Virus record (IMG/VR): IMGVR_UViG_3300006139_000001
Strand: one strand, 5' to 3'
DNA from: a virus
DNA length: 64,000 nt
The translations under genes and the position numbers were made by a program. This document shows, in pieces, positions 28,860 through 39,118 of the stretch. Every line of letters begins with the position of its first letter. Position 1 is the first letter of the stretch. The notes beneath the pieces were generated by a model. That model did not search any database. It was given only the letters and a program-made list of their open reading frames with translations, and was not told the origin of the DNA.

Positions 28860-29038
28860 TTTGCATTCAAATAACCTTTAAAATTAATTCCACAATTTCG
28901 TTTTACAAGTTCATCCCATAGTTCATTCCAATTTTTGCAAACAAATAATAGTTCTCTATCTTTATTATCATAAACTTGCAAATTGTTTTGCTCATCAATA
29001 TAAGCATTCAATGTACCTTTGTTGTCCATAATGTATAA

Positions 29039-29428
29039 TCATCCTTTCTTTTTACCATAATCAATAGTTTCTATAAATGAAGCAACTCTTTTTCCATTTT
29101 TGTGAGCATAAATATTTCTAAACTCTAAACAATGAGCTTCAACATTTATCATTCTCCCATCAATTTTTGTAGTTAATATAACTTTCTCTTTGGGATTTTG
29201 TGTTATGTATTCATGCGGTGTCCATTCTCTTATGAGCGCACCATCACTTCTAACCCAAGTCCTACATAGAATTTCGTAATCAGTTTTGTCACAAGTTGCA
29301 ATTATATCTTTATTGATTTCAGCACTCTTTGTTTCAATTATATGCACTTCTAAATTAACTACCATCCATAAATTTAAACCAAAATGGTATTCCAGCTCTA
29401 AACGGATATATTGTAAAATCTTTAGCAC
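29039..29428 (-). CDS. Hypothetical protein
   Basis: 129-aa ORF. Confidence 0.3.
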   Translation of the reverse strand: MLKILQYIRLELEYHFGLNLWMVVNLEVHIIETKSAEINKDIIATCDKTDYEILCRTWVRSDGALIREWTPHEYITQNPKEKVILTTKIDGRMINVEAHCLEFRNIYAHKNGKRVASFIETIDYGKKKG

Positions 29429-29628
29429 TCCATACTTGCATTGCGTGTTGATGTTTTCCTTTATCTATCTTTATCTTATTTGAATCCTTAAAAAGCATAT
29501 CAATATGCGCCGGACTATAACGACTATTATTGTTTATTAAAGTTAGAATATAAGATTTTTCTGTTTCTTTTACAGAAATAATAATCTCATATCCAAACAT
29601 ACCATCTTCCGTTGCCATATATTGACCA

Positions 29629-30096
29629 CTAATCAACATTTTCAATAAGCCTTCTTCCACACTCAGGACAGAATTTCATCTTATATATACCAACATCAAT
29701 ATTGCGTCCAAGACTTTCTTCCCATTTTGAAACAATAAGCACAGTCGGTTTACCATCGCCAGACCTAATATGCATCCCATATCCTTCAGTGGTTTCGCCA
29801 ACACTAATATAACTCAAATCATTATCTGACGTTAATTCTGGCTCAACCGTAGCATTGCAGCAAACATGGCAATAATTACGAGCATCTTCTTCTTTTTCAA
29901 TAATCTCTAATTTTATTCTGCTATACCCAGCGCACGCTAAACGAAGTTTAATATACTTTACATCTAATTCTGCTGCATCATACGAATAATACTCTCCAAC
30001 CGTTTTTGTTTCATCTGGATTTCCATAAATGCTGTCTTTTGTTTTCCAAACATCTATCTTTATTGAATAACTCATGTCATACCTCACATTAAACAA
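29629..30096 (-). CDS. Hypothetical protein with zinc-ribbon cysteines
   Basis: CHVCC...CPECG pairs. 155 aa. Confidence 0.3.
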   Translation of the reverse strand: MFNVRYDMSYSIKIDVWKTKDSIYGNPDETKTVGEYYSYDAAELDVKYIKLRLACAGYSRIKLEIIEKEEDARNYCHVCCNATVEPELTSDNDLSYISVGETTEGYGMHIRSGDGKPTVLIVSKWEESLGRNIDVGIYKMKFCPECGRRLIENVD

Positions 30097-30362
30097 TCTT
30101 TAACTATTCGCTTTTTCTGTATATGGTCATATTCGGCAAACTTATCCCACTCAACAAGACAACTTTCTGGTTCAACAATACCAGTCCAGTCGTAATATTT
30201 ACCATTATATAAGTAGACAAAATGACCATCTATTACATCATAATAAACAATTCCTCCAGGAAACTTATCTTTAAGAATTAAAGCGAAATAGTAGCAATTT
30301 CCACTTATCCAATCACAATCCTTTGTGAAACGACGTTGGATAAATTCTAAAACTTCGTCCAT
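30084..30362 (-). CDS. Hypothetical small protein
   Basis: 92-aa ORF. Confidence 0.3.
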   Translation of the reverse strand: MDEVLEFIQRRFTKDCDWISGNCYYFALILKDKFPGGIVYYDVIDGHFVYLYNGKYYDWTGIVEPESCLVEWDKFAEYDHIQKKRIVKDCLM

Positions 30363-30365
30363 ATC

Positions 30366-30752
30366 TCAATCTTTATCAGTGATGCAAAAATTCTTTAAAT
30401 TATCTAGTATATGAAAACGAATAAGGCATAAAATCATTTGGTATATATCTCCTTCGCAACTATCCCATTCAAAATAAACTGAATTTTCTCTTACCATTTC
30501 AATTAGTTCATCAATTTTATCTTCAAAACATTCTGATGCCTCTGCTCCTGTATCGGTTGTTACCCAAGTGTCGTATGCCGTTTCTTCTCGCCTAATTCGT
30601 GGTTCTAACTCAGTTTTAATGCGGAACTCATAATGTTGTCTAGTGTCTTGCTCTTTTTTAAGTTTTATATTTAACTCTCGAATTATATCCCGTTGTTCAT
30701 CAATTTTGTATTTAAGTTGGCGTATGTATTCTTCATATTCTTTTTCGCTCAT
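30366..30752 (-). CDS. Hypothetical protein (coiled-coil N-terminus)
   Basis: 128-aa ORF. Confidence 0.3.
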   Translation of the reverse strand: MSEKEYEEYIRQLKYKIDEQRDIIRELNIKLKKEQDTRQHYEFRIKTELEPRIRREETAYDTWVTTDTGAEASECFEDKIDELIEMVRENSVYFEWDSCEGDIYQMILCLIRFHILDNLKNFCITDKD

Positions 30753-31546
30753 ATTTTACCTCGCAACACTGATAACAAATAGTTATCGAGATAGTTTTCT
30801 AGTATTTTGTCGGCAGATTTCAATATTTCATCATTGCTATTATCAAATAATTCTTCTGCTATTCCGCCACCTATTGCACATAGAGTATCTGTATCACATT
30901 TCAAACTAAAAACATTTCTTATAAATTCTGTGTAGCTATTTGCTTCATAAACACATCTAATTGCAACTGGCACACTCCCTTGGCATGTTTCATTCCAAAG
31001 ATAGTCGTGTTTGATTTCGTTAATGCTTAAAGCTGCACTATATGTATATTTGTCTTTTGGATAATGTGAAATAGTATACTGTAAAATATCATCTCGTGTA
31101 TATCCATTTTTCGCCATCCAAATACACATTGCTGTTATGATTGCACCTTTCAATCCTTCCGGATGGTTATGTGTGCATTCTGCGGATTTTTTAGCATACT
31201 CAATTACTTTATCTATTGTTTTAAAATGGTCTGCGACAAATGATACTCTCATAGCAGAGCCATTACCATAACTTTCATATGGTTTATCTTCTTGTTCATC
31301 AATCCATTCAGCAAAACGACTACCATAACCAACATCACGATATTTCAATCCAAAGAACTGATATGATTGTGCAAATGGAATATTATGTTCAATCGCATAT
31401 TTTGTAGCAATGCTCATTACTGTGTCATCTGTAAACTTGCATTTATCTGATAATAGTGCAGCGGTTTTGTCATTAAAACCTTCTGGTTTTTTGAATTCAT
31501 ATTGAGAACCAATAATGTCGCCAAGTATTGCTCCTTTAATTGCCAT
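30749..31546 (-). CDS. ADP-ribosylglycohydrolase (ARH/DraG family)
   Basis: N-terminal GAILGDIIGSQYEF and the family signature YGNGSAMRVS. 265 aa. Confidence 0.75.
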   Translation of the reverse strand: MAIKGAILGDIIGSQYEFKKPEGFNDKTAALLSDKCKFTDDTVMSIATKYAIEHNIPFAQSYQFFGLKYRDVGYGSRFAEWIDEQEDKPYESYGNGSAMRVSFVADHFKTIDKVIEYAKKSAECTHNHPEGLKGAIITAMCIWMAKNGYTRDDILQYTISHYPKDKYTYSAALSINEIKHDYLWNETCQGSVPVAIRCVYEANSYTEFIRNVFSLKCDTDTLCAIGGGIAEELFDNSNDEILKSADKILENYLDNYLLSVLRGKI

Positions 31547-31563
31547 GTTGTTTACCTCGTAGT

Positions 31564-31881
31564 TTACTTATCAATTTCAATCAAAACTTGATTGTTTGCA
31601 TCATATAAATATGGAAATCCGGTTGATGCATAATATGGCGACATATAACCATATCCTTGATAGCCTTCGTATTCATTAAAAACTAAATAAACAATTTTAG
31701 TACTACGGTCATAATACAAATTTTTATATCCAGTTATGGCAATAAGATTTGTGTTATTTTCATAATTCTTGTTGCCCTCAGATGGTTCGCAAGCAACCAA
31801 AGTAAAGCACATTATTAATACCAATAGAAAAGCAAATACCTTTTTCATTATTAACACCCACCTATTCTTACGACTTGTCAA
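31564..31881 (-). CDS. Lipoprotein
   Basis: Signal peptide with lipobox MKKVFAFLLVLIMCFTLVAC. Confidence 0.5.
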   Translation of the reverse strand: MTSRKNRWVLIMKKVFAFLLVLIMCFTLVACEPSEGNKNYENNTNLIAITGYKNLYYDRSTKIVYLVFNEYEGYQGYGYMSPYYASTGFPYLYDANNQVLIEIDK

Positions 31882-32101
31882 ATACCATAGAAATAAGCAT
31901 CACGAGCAAAATAACAATTAAAATTACAAGTACGATTGTAAACGGAATCCAAAGCGGAGATAGTACCCATAACCAAGACCACTCAATTATATGGCATAGC
32001 TTTAGAACAATAAATACAATGGCTAATAAACCACAAAAACCGATACCCCCGCTCCTTGCGGAACTATTATTGCTGTTACTATTACTGTTATTGTAAGACA
32101 T
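31868..32101 (-). CDS. Small membrane protein with Asn/Ser-rich N-terminus
   Basis: SYNNSNSNSNNSS followed by two hydrophobic helices. Confidence 0.35.
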   Translation of the reverse strand: MSYNNSNSNSNNSSARSGGIGFCGLLAIVFIVLKLCHIIEWSWLWVLSPLWIPFTIVLVILIVILLVMLISMVFDKS

Positions 32102-32116
32102 AACTTATATCCTTTC

Positions 32117-32596
32117 TTATAAGACAATATTGTTCTTTTCCATAGCAGCGTAAAATTCGCTACCTTTCATTTCGACAAATCCTTCTGGTGTTTCAACATC
32201 AATAGGGCAATCAAATGTGCAATAAATCACACTATCATAGTCAAATAACCTATACTGGCTTCTTCCGACATAATTGAATAAGAATGGAACAAATGGCTTG
32301 TCAATATATTCAACACCTTCATCAGCACATTTCTTAACCCATGCCTTATTCATTTCAGAGTTTTTCTTGAATCTACCTTGGTCTTTAAGTGTGAATTGAT
32401 TTCCATACTTATCCTCATCTTCTTTTTCTGGTACAATCCATAACAAAGTGTGACTCGGATGAAATTTTGTTGCCTTGATACCATGTTCTTTTGTGAATTC
32501 ATCAAATGCTTTCAAAATTCTCTTTTCAGATTCAACATAGCGCCAATAGTCGCTACCCACTTTACTATCATTTGAAATAATATAAAACTTCTCCAT
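32117..32596 (-). CDS. Hypothetical protein
   Basis: 159-aa ORF. Confidence 0.3.
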   Translation of the reverse strand: MEKFYIISNDSKVGSDYWRYVESEKRILKAFDEFTKEHGIKATKFHPSHTLLWIVPEKEDEDKYGNQFTLKDQGRFKKNSEMNKAWVKKCADEGVEYIDKPFVPFLFNYVGRSQYRLFDYDSVIYCTFDCPIDVETPEGFVEMKGSEFYAAMEKNNIVL

Positions 32597-32605
32597 ATGT
32601 TCTCC

Positions 32606-33625
32606 TTAGTGCGCTGCCAAATCAGCTTCGTTCAGTTTCATGACTTCATCAAAGAATTCTTCTCCGACCTGAACCTTGACTCTACGCTCAATACTCTTAC
32701 TCTGTTTCCAAGAAGTAAACGGCATCATATGGTAATAAATTAAGTTTGCAATATGTAATCTATCTGTATAGGGAATGTGTAAGACATCCATATAGAAGAA
32801 GGAATCGTATGAGCCGCAATTCTGGTGGTTATAATAATGGCATTCAGTATCAACCTCACCACGAGAATTCAAATGTGACTTCGTAAACACTTTGCCAATA
32901 TCATGAAGAAGTGCAGCAGTTCTCAGCGCAAGGTTATTAGGAAAATGCTCCCTTACATATTCTGCTGCTTCAAGACAATGACCACCGATAGTTGACTTAT
33001 GATGACTATTCTCCTGGTCAATATCGTTTGCATTAATTTCACCATAAAAGAAGTTATCTAAAGTAAACTTGTTCTTATCAATATCACCATAATTGTAAGC
33101 CAGAACAATATTGTCGAATCCCTCATCCATAGCTGGAGGACTCCAACTCAGATACATCCTCTTAATCGCATCTTCCGGCACTTTGCGCTCTCTATTGCTA
33201 TTCTGCTGAAGGACAACTTCATAAGGAGTAAGAACACAAACGCAAACCTTGTGGCAATCAATATTCTTCAACTCCTGAAGGAATGCTTTGCGACGCTTCT
33301 TGTTAATATTAGTTGCGTCATATACAACATCTTTGCCGTTGCGCAAATCTTCTTTGATACGACGGTGAAGTTCATTAAACAAATCACCGTTATGCTCTTG
33401 GTTATTCTCATCACCATAAAGTTCAACTCTGAGCGCATCGGAAGAATGGATAATAGGTTTTACAAAATCGCCATCTCTCTTGGTTACAAGGGTTTCAGCA
33501 ACAAAAGACTTGCCACTACCGGCTAACCCTTCCATCATAAATAAAACGGGAATTTTATTTGCATTTTCGCACTCATAAACGCTCCTAATAGGAGGGTTTG
33601 CATTTTCAAAATTCTTGTCACTCAT
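32606..33625 (-). CDS. P-loop kinase fused to HD phosphohydrolase domain (polynucleotide kinase/phosphatase-like RNA end-healing enzyme candidate)
   Basis: Walker A MMEGLAGSGKSFVAE N-terminally. C-terminal HD motif AALLHDIGK with upstream His residues. 339 aa. Confidence 0.6.
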   Translation of the reverse strand: MSDKNFENANPPIRSVYECENANKIPVLFMMEGLAGSGKSFVAETLVTKRDGDFVKPIIHSSDALRVELYGDENNQEHNGDLFNELHRRIKEDLRNGKDVVYDATNINKKRRKAFLQELKNIDCHKVCVCVLTPYEVVLQQNSNRERKVPEDAIKRMYLSWSPPAMDEGFDNIVLAYNYGDIDKNKFTLDNFFYGEINANDIDQENSHHKSTIGGHCLEAAEYVREHFPNNLALRTAALLHDIGKVFTKSHLNSRGEVDTECHYYNHQNCGSYDSFFYMDVLHIPYTDRLHIANLIYYHMMPFTSWKQSKSIERRVKVQVGEEFFDEVMKLNEADLAAH

Positions 33626-33646
33626 CGTAAACGCCCCCTTTCTTGG

Positions 33647-33892
33647 TCATTTTTTTGTCAAATACATCGAAAATCCGTATTTGAGAGGCACAATTTTAAT
33701 ATATCGTGTTGTGTAGTGCCGAAGGATAGTACAAATCTCAAAAACATTTTCGTTATAGCCAATACCATATTGAATAACATCTTTTTCTTTATTCGCCGCA
33801 ATGTACTGAACTATTCGACCTGCTTTATACCATGATTTATTGTCAAACGACTTCTCGTTGATGGATAATTTCATACGCTTCTTTCCAATCAT
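33647..33892 (-). CDS. Hypothetical small protein
   Basis: 81-aa ORF. Confidence 0.25.
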   Translation of the reverse strand: MIGKKRMKLSINEKSFDNKSWYKAGRIVQYIAANKEKDVIQYGIGYNENVFEICTILRHYTTRYIKIVPLKYGFSMYLTKK

Positions 33893-34406
33893 TTACCCGA
33901 TATATTCCATTCGCACTTGCGTTATAACTTCTATTGTGTGGAGCTGTCATTAGAATTTTGATAAAGTTCCCATTTTCAAGATTGTGGATTCCATCATCAA
34001 TCAAATAATCGGCTTGAATCATTTGCTTATTACTTGCAACAATTACATGATTCCACTTGATATAAGGAAAATATCGCTTAACTATGTATTCGTACTTTGC
34101 ACGAACATTTCTGTAATCAGTAGATGTACAAAGGAAAATGTTATATCCTTCATTAAACAATTTCTCTACATATTCCATAGCATCAGGCTTTGGTTTGACT
34201 GTTTCCCAAAAACCGTCATGATGCAGAGGTTCAAAAACCTGCTCTCTTGTCAACGACGGATAGAACATACACATATCCCAACCTGTAATGTCATCAACAG
34301 AAACATTCATGTTGAATCTGCTATTTAGGCAATACACCCAAGCCTGTAGCAATTCTTCGATTGTGTCATCTATATCAATTAACAACACTGGCATTTCTTT
34401 ATTCAA
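33843..34406 (-). CDS. HAD-superfamily phosphatase (DxDxT)
   Basis: N-terminal VLLIDIDDTIEE, the HAD motif I, as in the T4 Pnk phosphatase domain. 187 aa. Confidence 0.5.
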   Translation of the reverse strand: MNKEMPVLLIDIDDTIEELLQAWVYCLNSRFNMNVSVDDITGWDMCMFYPSLTREQVFEPLHHDGFWETVKPKPDAMEYVEKLFNEGYNIFLCTSTDYRNVRAKYEYIVKRYFPYIKWNHVIVASNKQMIQADYLIDDGIHNLENGNFIKILMTAPHNRSYNASANGIYRVNDWKEAYEIIHQREVV

Positions 34407-34966
34407 TCAGTAACCTCATTTCCAAAACAATCCCAGCCAGGTCTTGTATTTCTTGCATACATCTCTAACTTCTTCAAATCTGGATAAAGTCGCTCAATAA
34501 TTTCATAGGCGATTTCTGGTTTTTTACTATGTTTCGTAACTTTTTCTCTGAAAACCGTATGTATTTTGCCACGTTCATCTTTAGCTACCGGAGTTAATTT
34601 ACCCTTGTACATATAAAGTAAATATTCATGTCCATATCTCACAGTGAACGCAGCGGGAATACCAGTTACCTTATCCCAAATCATTCTTGCGTGGAGTTTA
34701 TAACCAAGACTTTCGGCTATTTCTTGTGCTTCAAATAAGTATTTGTCTATTGTCCATAGAAATAGGATTGAGTTCTCCCCCGAAGCATTTGTTGCAAGCT
34801 GTAGATGCTCTTTGATTTCATCTAAGCTGCAAACAGGATAATCAAGAGGTTTGCCACTACTATTTTCACGAACAGATTTCTTTCCACCTTTACTTTGTTT
34901 CCAAGGTGGGTCAGCATAAATCAAATCATGCTGACCCTGGATATTATGCAAATCATTTACTACCAT
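34403..34966 (-). CDS. MT-A70-family N6-adenine methyltransferase
   Basis: DLIYADPPWKQSKGGKK, the DPPW catalytic motif. 187 aa. Confidence 0.65.
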   Translation of the reverse strand: MVVNDLHNIQGQHDLIYADPPWKQSKGGKKSVRENSSGKPLDYPVCSLDEIKEHLQLATNASGENSILFLWTIDKYLFEAQEIAESLGYKLHARMIWDKVTGIPAAFTVRYGHEYLLYMYKGKLTPVAKDERGKIHTVFREKVTKHSKKPEIAYEIIERLYPDLKKLEMYARNTRPGWDCFGNEVTD

Positions 34967-34977
34967 TGTTTTCGCCT

Positions 34978-35322
34978 TTAGCTTAAAAGTGCTTCAAAAT
35001 TGGCAATAATCTTTTCATTGCCAGTGCGCAATTCGCCAAGAGAACCATTGGTTGACTGAAGGCTTGCAATCTTCTCAACATTTCTTTCGCATTCTTCCGC
35101 AATCTCTGAATTGGCGGCTTTCAGTTCATCAATAGTGGTACGAATAATATTTACAGCATTAGCCGATTTCTGCTGTAATGTTTCTAATGCGGTTTGTGAT
35201 TTAGTAAGTCTCATTTTGTTATTCTCCTTGTTTTTGTTTATAGTAAAAGTAGTAGCAATAGCCACCACATTGAGTAGTTGATAGCCAAGTAAACAGCCAA
35301 TCCAACTACAAAAATGTACCAA
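34978..35322 (-). CDS. Hypothetical coiled-coil protein (start likely internal, at MRLTKSQ)
   Basis: ORF only. Confidence 0.25.
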   Translation of the reverse strand: MVHFCSWIGCLLGYQLLNVVAIATTFTINKNKENNKMRLTKSQTALETLQQKSANAVNIIRTTIDELKAANSEIAEECERNVEKIASLQSTNGSLGELRTGNEKIIANFEALLS

Positions 35323-35337
35323 ACATATTTCATATCA

Positions 35338-36648
35338 TCATTCTGCATCGTAAATCAGTTCCTCGGCTTCTTCAATGTCAGGAGCATCAGCAGTGTCCTT
35401 AATAATGCCCTCCAGCACCTTGAATGCAAAAGATTTCGTTTTATAAGCCGTAAACTTAGAACGATTGTCGATTCTCACAACTATGCCTTCAGTAACATGA
35501 CTACCATTGGCAAGCGGTTCGGGAATATCAAGATACTGTGCACATCTTTCGTTCAAATCTTCCCAAGTGGTATAAAGGAATTTTTCAAGAAGCGGAACAT
35601 ATTCGCAACCAAGACGGTCACACCATTTAATCGTTTCCTCGGTAGGAATTTCAATGGTAATGCCATCATCATTGGTCATTGTAATGCGATAGATATAGCA
35701 CCTATTTTCGCCAGGATTGCAACCATATGTAAAAATCGTTTCAGCACCATACTGTTTGGTGAACTCTTTATCCTTAACCTTAGAATTGCTACACTTAGGC
35801 ATAATCGGAGTGTTTTCATCAATCCAGCCGACAATTTCACCATACACGGTCATTCCCTTTGGAAGTTTATCAACAAAGAAGTCGTTGTACTTCTTACGGA
35901 ACGCATTAGAACCATAGTAACCACCGTCGTAATCTCTCAAAACAACACGGCGAGTACCACTGATAATCTGAAACTTAGAAGTAACCTTATCCGGCATATG
36001 GAATAACTTCTTCAAAATAGGATTGCGCTTGGTTGTAGTGAATTCCAGGCAGTTGCTTACACGGAAAGAAGTACCATGCAACTTGCGAGTAAGATAGATA
36101 ATATCGTTCTCTCTAAATGCTTGCTGGTTATATGCAAGCTGCTCCGTATCAATATGCTCTGTGAAGAAAGGATAAGAAATCTTCTGGTGTTCCTCTTTCT
36201 TATTCTTAGAAATTTTTACACCACCAGAATGAGTTCTTCGATTACCACGAGGAATATACTTTTTGCAAATCTCATGACCATCAAGAACCGTAATCTGGTC
36301 GCCATCTTTCAGGCTTTCAACATCGGTATACTTCGCCAAAACAGCGACGGGAAGTACCAAACCATCAGATTTCTCACCACGGAGTTTTAATGCTCGAATA
36401 TTTCTCTTGTCGGGTTCAAGATAACCACCGACATTATTACCATTTTCATCTTTCCTGCGAACCAAGTTATTGTCATTTGCAAATTCTTCACTAAGCTGAC
36501 CATCCACAGGAAAATAAATAACTCTATCCCCCGCAGCGTAGCTCATATCGACAATAACGTTGTTCCCGAAAATCTCACAACACTGTAGCCTGTCGGCGTT
36601 AGAATGCTTATGGATTTCTTTAATTGTCGTAATATAAGCACAATACAT
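35338..36648 (-). CDS. ATP-dependent RNA ligase (Rnl2-like nucleotidyltransferase)
   Basis: Motif I LTRKLHGTSFR (KxHGxx, lysine adenylation site as in T4 Rnl2). Motif IV TEGIVVRIDN. Motif V KTKSFAFK. 436 aa. Confidence 0.6.
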   Translation of the reverse strand: MYCAYITTIKEIHKHSNADRLQCCEIFGNNVIVDMSYAAGDRVIYFPVDGQLSEEFANDNNLVRRKDENGNNVGGYLEPDKRNIRALKLRGEKSDGLVLPVAVLAKYTDVESLKDGDQITVLDGHEICKKYIPRGNRRTHSGGVKISKNKKEEHQKISYPFFTEHIDTEQLAYNQQAFRENDIIYLTRKLHGTSFRVSNCLEFTTTKRNPILKKLFHMPDKVTSKFQIISGTRRVVLRDYDGGYYGSNAFRKKYNDFFVDKLPKGMTVYGEIVGWIDENTPIMPKCSNSKVKDKEFTKQYGAETIFTYGCNPGENRCYIYRITMTNDDGITIEIPTEETIKWCDRLGCEYVPLLEKFLYTTWEDLNERCAQYLDIPEPLANGSHVTEGIVVRIDNRSKFTAYKTKSFAFKVLEGIIKDTADAPDIEEAEELIYDAE

Positions 36649-36660
36649 TAATCTTTCTCC

Positions 36661-36888
36661 TTACTTTTTCTTTTTCTTTGCTGTGCACTTTAGTTGGTGC
36701 TTTCTATCAGAAGTATTAGAATTAATATCTGTCTTTTTCTGATTTACTTCTTTATCCTTAAAAATAAGAGGTATCTTTTTGGACTCATACCAGCAACGTG
36801 GACATCGGTGAAATTCGTATGCTTTACTATCGTAAAAGCTCATTACACGTTTCATGACCTGGTTGCATTTCCTACAGAACATAATCAC
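36661..36888 (-). CDS. Small zinc-ribbon protein
   Basis: CRKC...CPRC. Lys-rich tail. 75 aa. Confidence 0.3.
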   Translation of the reverse strand: MIMFCRKCNQVMKRVMSFYDSKAYEFHRCPRCWYESKKIPLIFKDKEVNQKKTDINSNTSDRKHQLKCTAKKKKK

Positions 36889-36914
36889 AATACTCCTTTC
36901 TTGACTTCATATAC

Positions 36915-36964
36915 ATTATAGCACATTCCGTTCTGTTTGTCAATACTTTTTCTGATTTAATTTA
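36915..36964 (-). promoter_or_regulatory. Consensus promoter TTGACA-17-TATAAT plus conserved upstream element
   Basis: rc(36938-36943)=TTGACA, rc(36915-36920)=TATAAT. Motif at 36945-36964. Confidence 0.55.
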
Positions 36965-38168
36965 TGATTTTTTGTGAATACTCTAATAGTGTATCATGTT
37001 CGTTTGTTAGGCGTTCTTCGATAACAGCAGATAGCAAAGCATTTAACACAACACCAATTTCCTTACCGGAATAACCAACAGCTTTTATGTCCTTTCCATC
37101 TACCTTTAGATGTGATATTTTATAACATTCATTCCTGCACTTTGGCAAACATTCTCCCATACTATCGGCAAATACATAATAGGTTGTAGTGCTATCAAGA
37201 TATGAAGTGCATCTTAGTGCAGAAACAACATCATCTGCTATAGTATCATTATAATTAAGTACACGCCTTATTACAATCTGCGGAACAAGTTCATCGTCGC
37301 TGTAAGCACGAATATTATATGTCCACTTACGAATACCGCAAACATTCTTGATAGTTTTGTTATCAAACTTCAAGCGCTGCAATATCTCTTTTTGCTTATC
37401 TTCATCAAAATTGAACAACAAGGCAATTCTAACATTTGTGGATGTATCAAAAATACCTATCATTGTCATTGCGCTATTAACCATTCTATCTGTAAGTTCT
37501 GGAACAACAACTTGTAGAATTTTACCCATAACAACAGAATAACCATGCGATAGCGCTTTTGTTATTTCTGAATTGATACGCTCTACTGAAATGTTTTTTA
37601 GAAGATTCTTGTTTTCATAAATTGACCGTAATGTTTTTGATTCAATATCATATCCAAGAGTAATTGAAAATCTGATTGCTCTGAGGATTCTAAGTGCGTC
37701 CTCACTAAATCTATCATCTGGTTTTCCAACACATTTAATTACTTTATTCTTTATATCACTTTTACCACCAAAGAAATCAATCAAACCAATAGAAGGATTA
37801 TATGCCATTGCATTGATTGTAAAATCTCTGCGTCTCAAATCCTCTTTTAAGCTATTTGTAAATGTTACTTCTACTGGATGCCTATTATCTTCGTATTCAC
37901 CATCTATTCGATAAGTTGTTACCTCGTACTGTTCATCATCCATAACAATAGTAACCGTTCCATGTTTTAATCCAGTTGGAATGATTTTGTTGTCACTAAA
38001 AACTTCTACAATTTGCTTCGGCAAGGCAGAAGTGCAAATATCCCAATCATGCGGCACTAAGCCTATGATGCTATCACGGACGCATCCGCCAACAACATAG
38101 GCTTCATAACCACATTTATTGAGCTTATTCAAAATGTACTTTGCGTTGTTAGGTAATCTTAATTCCAC
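36957..38168 (-). CDS. tRNA nucleotidyltransferase (class II CCA-adding enzyme / poly(A) polymerase head domain)
   Basis: YVVGGCVRDSIIGLVPHDWDICT (GGxVRD...DxD). 403 aa. Confidence 0.75.
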   Translation of the reverse strand: MELRLPNNAKYILNKLNKCGYEAYVVGGCVRDSIIGLVPHDWDICTSALPKQIVEVFSDNKIIPTGLKHGTVTIVMDDEQYEVTTYRIDGEYEDNRHPVEVTFTNSLKEDLRRRDFTINAMAYNPSIGLIDFFGGKSDIKNKVIKCVGKPDDRFSEDALRILRAIRFSITLGYDIESKTLRSIYENKNLLKNISVERINSEITKALSHGYSVVMGKILQVVVPELTDRMVNSAMTMIGIFDTSTNVRIALLFNFDEDKQKEILQRLKFDNKTIKNVCGIRKWTYNIRAYSDDELVPQIVIRRVLNYNDTIADDVVSALRCTSYLDSTTTYYVFADSMGECLPKCRNECYKISHLKVDGKDIKAVGYSGKEIGVVLNALLSAVIEERLTNEHDTLLEYSQKIIN

Positions 38169-39112
38169 GGATTATTCACTTCCTCCAAGAATTTGGCAAG
38201 TTTACCATCATGATAGAACACCAAATCATTCTCAGTAATAGGTTTACCAAAGTAATGCTTAACAATCTGGTGGAAGATTTCGGCATTCAGACACTTAAAT
38301 TCAACATCGTTAGAGTCGCTGTTATGAATCTTCATATATCCATCAGTGCCTTCAATCTTGTACAATTCAAACATTTCAACCCTTACAAGCTGACCGATAC
38401 CAAGAGGGCAACTATTTACAGACGTTTTCAACTCGGAAAGAGAAAATCCACAGCCTGCTCCATATTCACGAGGGACACTAATAATAATCTCATCTTCACC
38501 TAGACTGAAAACAGAAACACCAGAAATTGTATCCATAATATGCTTGCACAAAATATTCATAAGGTAATGTTCATATCTAATCTGCTTTTTGGGGTTGCAA
38601 GCGCCAAGAATAACCTGGCGAATATATTTGCTATGTATAATATGCTGGTTATCGGTAAACTTAGCCATAAACTGTTCCCAAGTATCTGCTCCATCAAAAA
38701 TCTTGGTAGAGTAATGCTTCATCGCAGAGAAGTTCGCTTTTTTCATATCAATAGATATAAACGCACTACCGTCGTTGTCCTCTACATATACATTCCTCTT
38801 AGAAACAACATACTCAGTTGGGTGGTTATCATTAATAAAAGCGTTGTATTCATCCTTTGCCTTAATAAAGTCAATAATAGAGTCTTTAACTTTATTGTAA
38901 TATTCAAAATAATCCTGCTCATTTGCAAATCGCTGCAATTCAGCACAAAACACATCGAACTTATCTACACAATCGAACAGGATGTCGATGGTTTGCAAAC
39001 GCTCATAAAAATATGGATTATCAAAGACAACAATAGGCAAATTGCTATCTTTGCAGAAACGCTTTTTCAGCGCAATGGAATTCATTACTTCTTCTCTGGT
39101 CATATGTAGCAT
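38159..39112 (-). CDS. Hypothetical protein
   Basis: 317-aa ORF overlapping the CCA-enzyme start by 10 nt (same operon). Confidence 0.3.
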   Translation of the reverse strand: MLHMTREEVMNSIALKKRFCKDSNLPIVVFDNPYFYERLQTIDILFDCVDKFDVFCAELQRFANEQDYFEYYNKVKDSIIDFIKAKDEYNAFINDNHPTEYVVSKRNVYVEDNDGSAFISIDMKKANFSAMKHYSTKIFDGADTWEQFMAKFTDNQHIIHSKYIRQVILGACNPKKQIRYEHYLMNILCKHIMDTISGVSVFSLGEDEIIISVPREYGAGCGFSLSELKTSVNSCPLGIGQLVRVEMFELYKIEGTDGYMKIHNSDSNDVEFKCLNAEIFHQIVKHYFGKPITENDLVFYHDGKLAKFLEEVNNPWN

Positions 39113-39118
39113 CCTCCT

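Noticed and set aside
35314-36006. Long plus-strand ORFs antisense to minus-strand genes (35314-36006, 38540-39109, 13379-13780, 18945-19352, 22505-22969)
   Set aside because: Each lies wholly inside a well-supported minus-strand gene with recognisable motifs. No RBS and no motif content.
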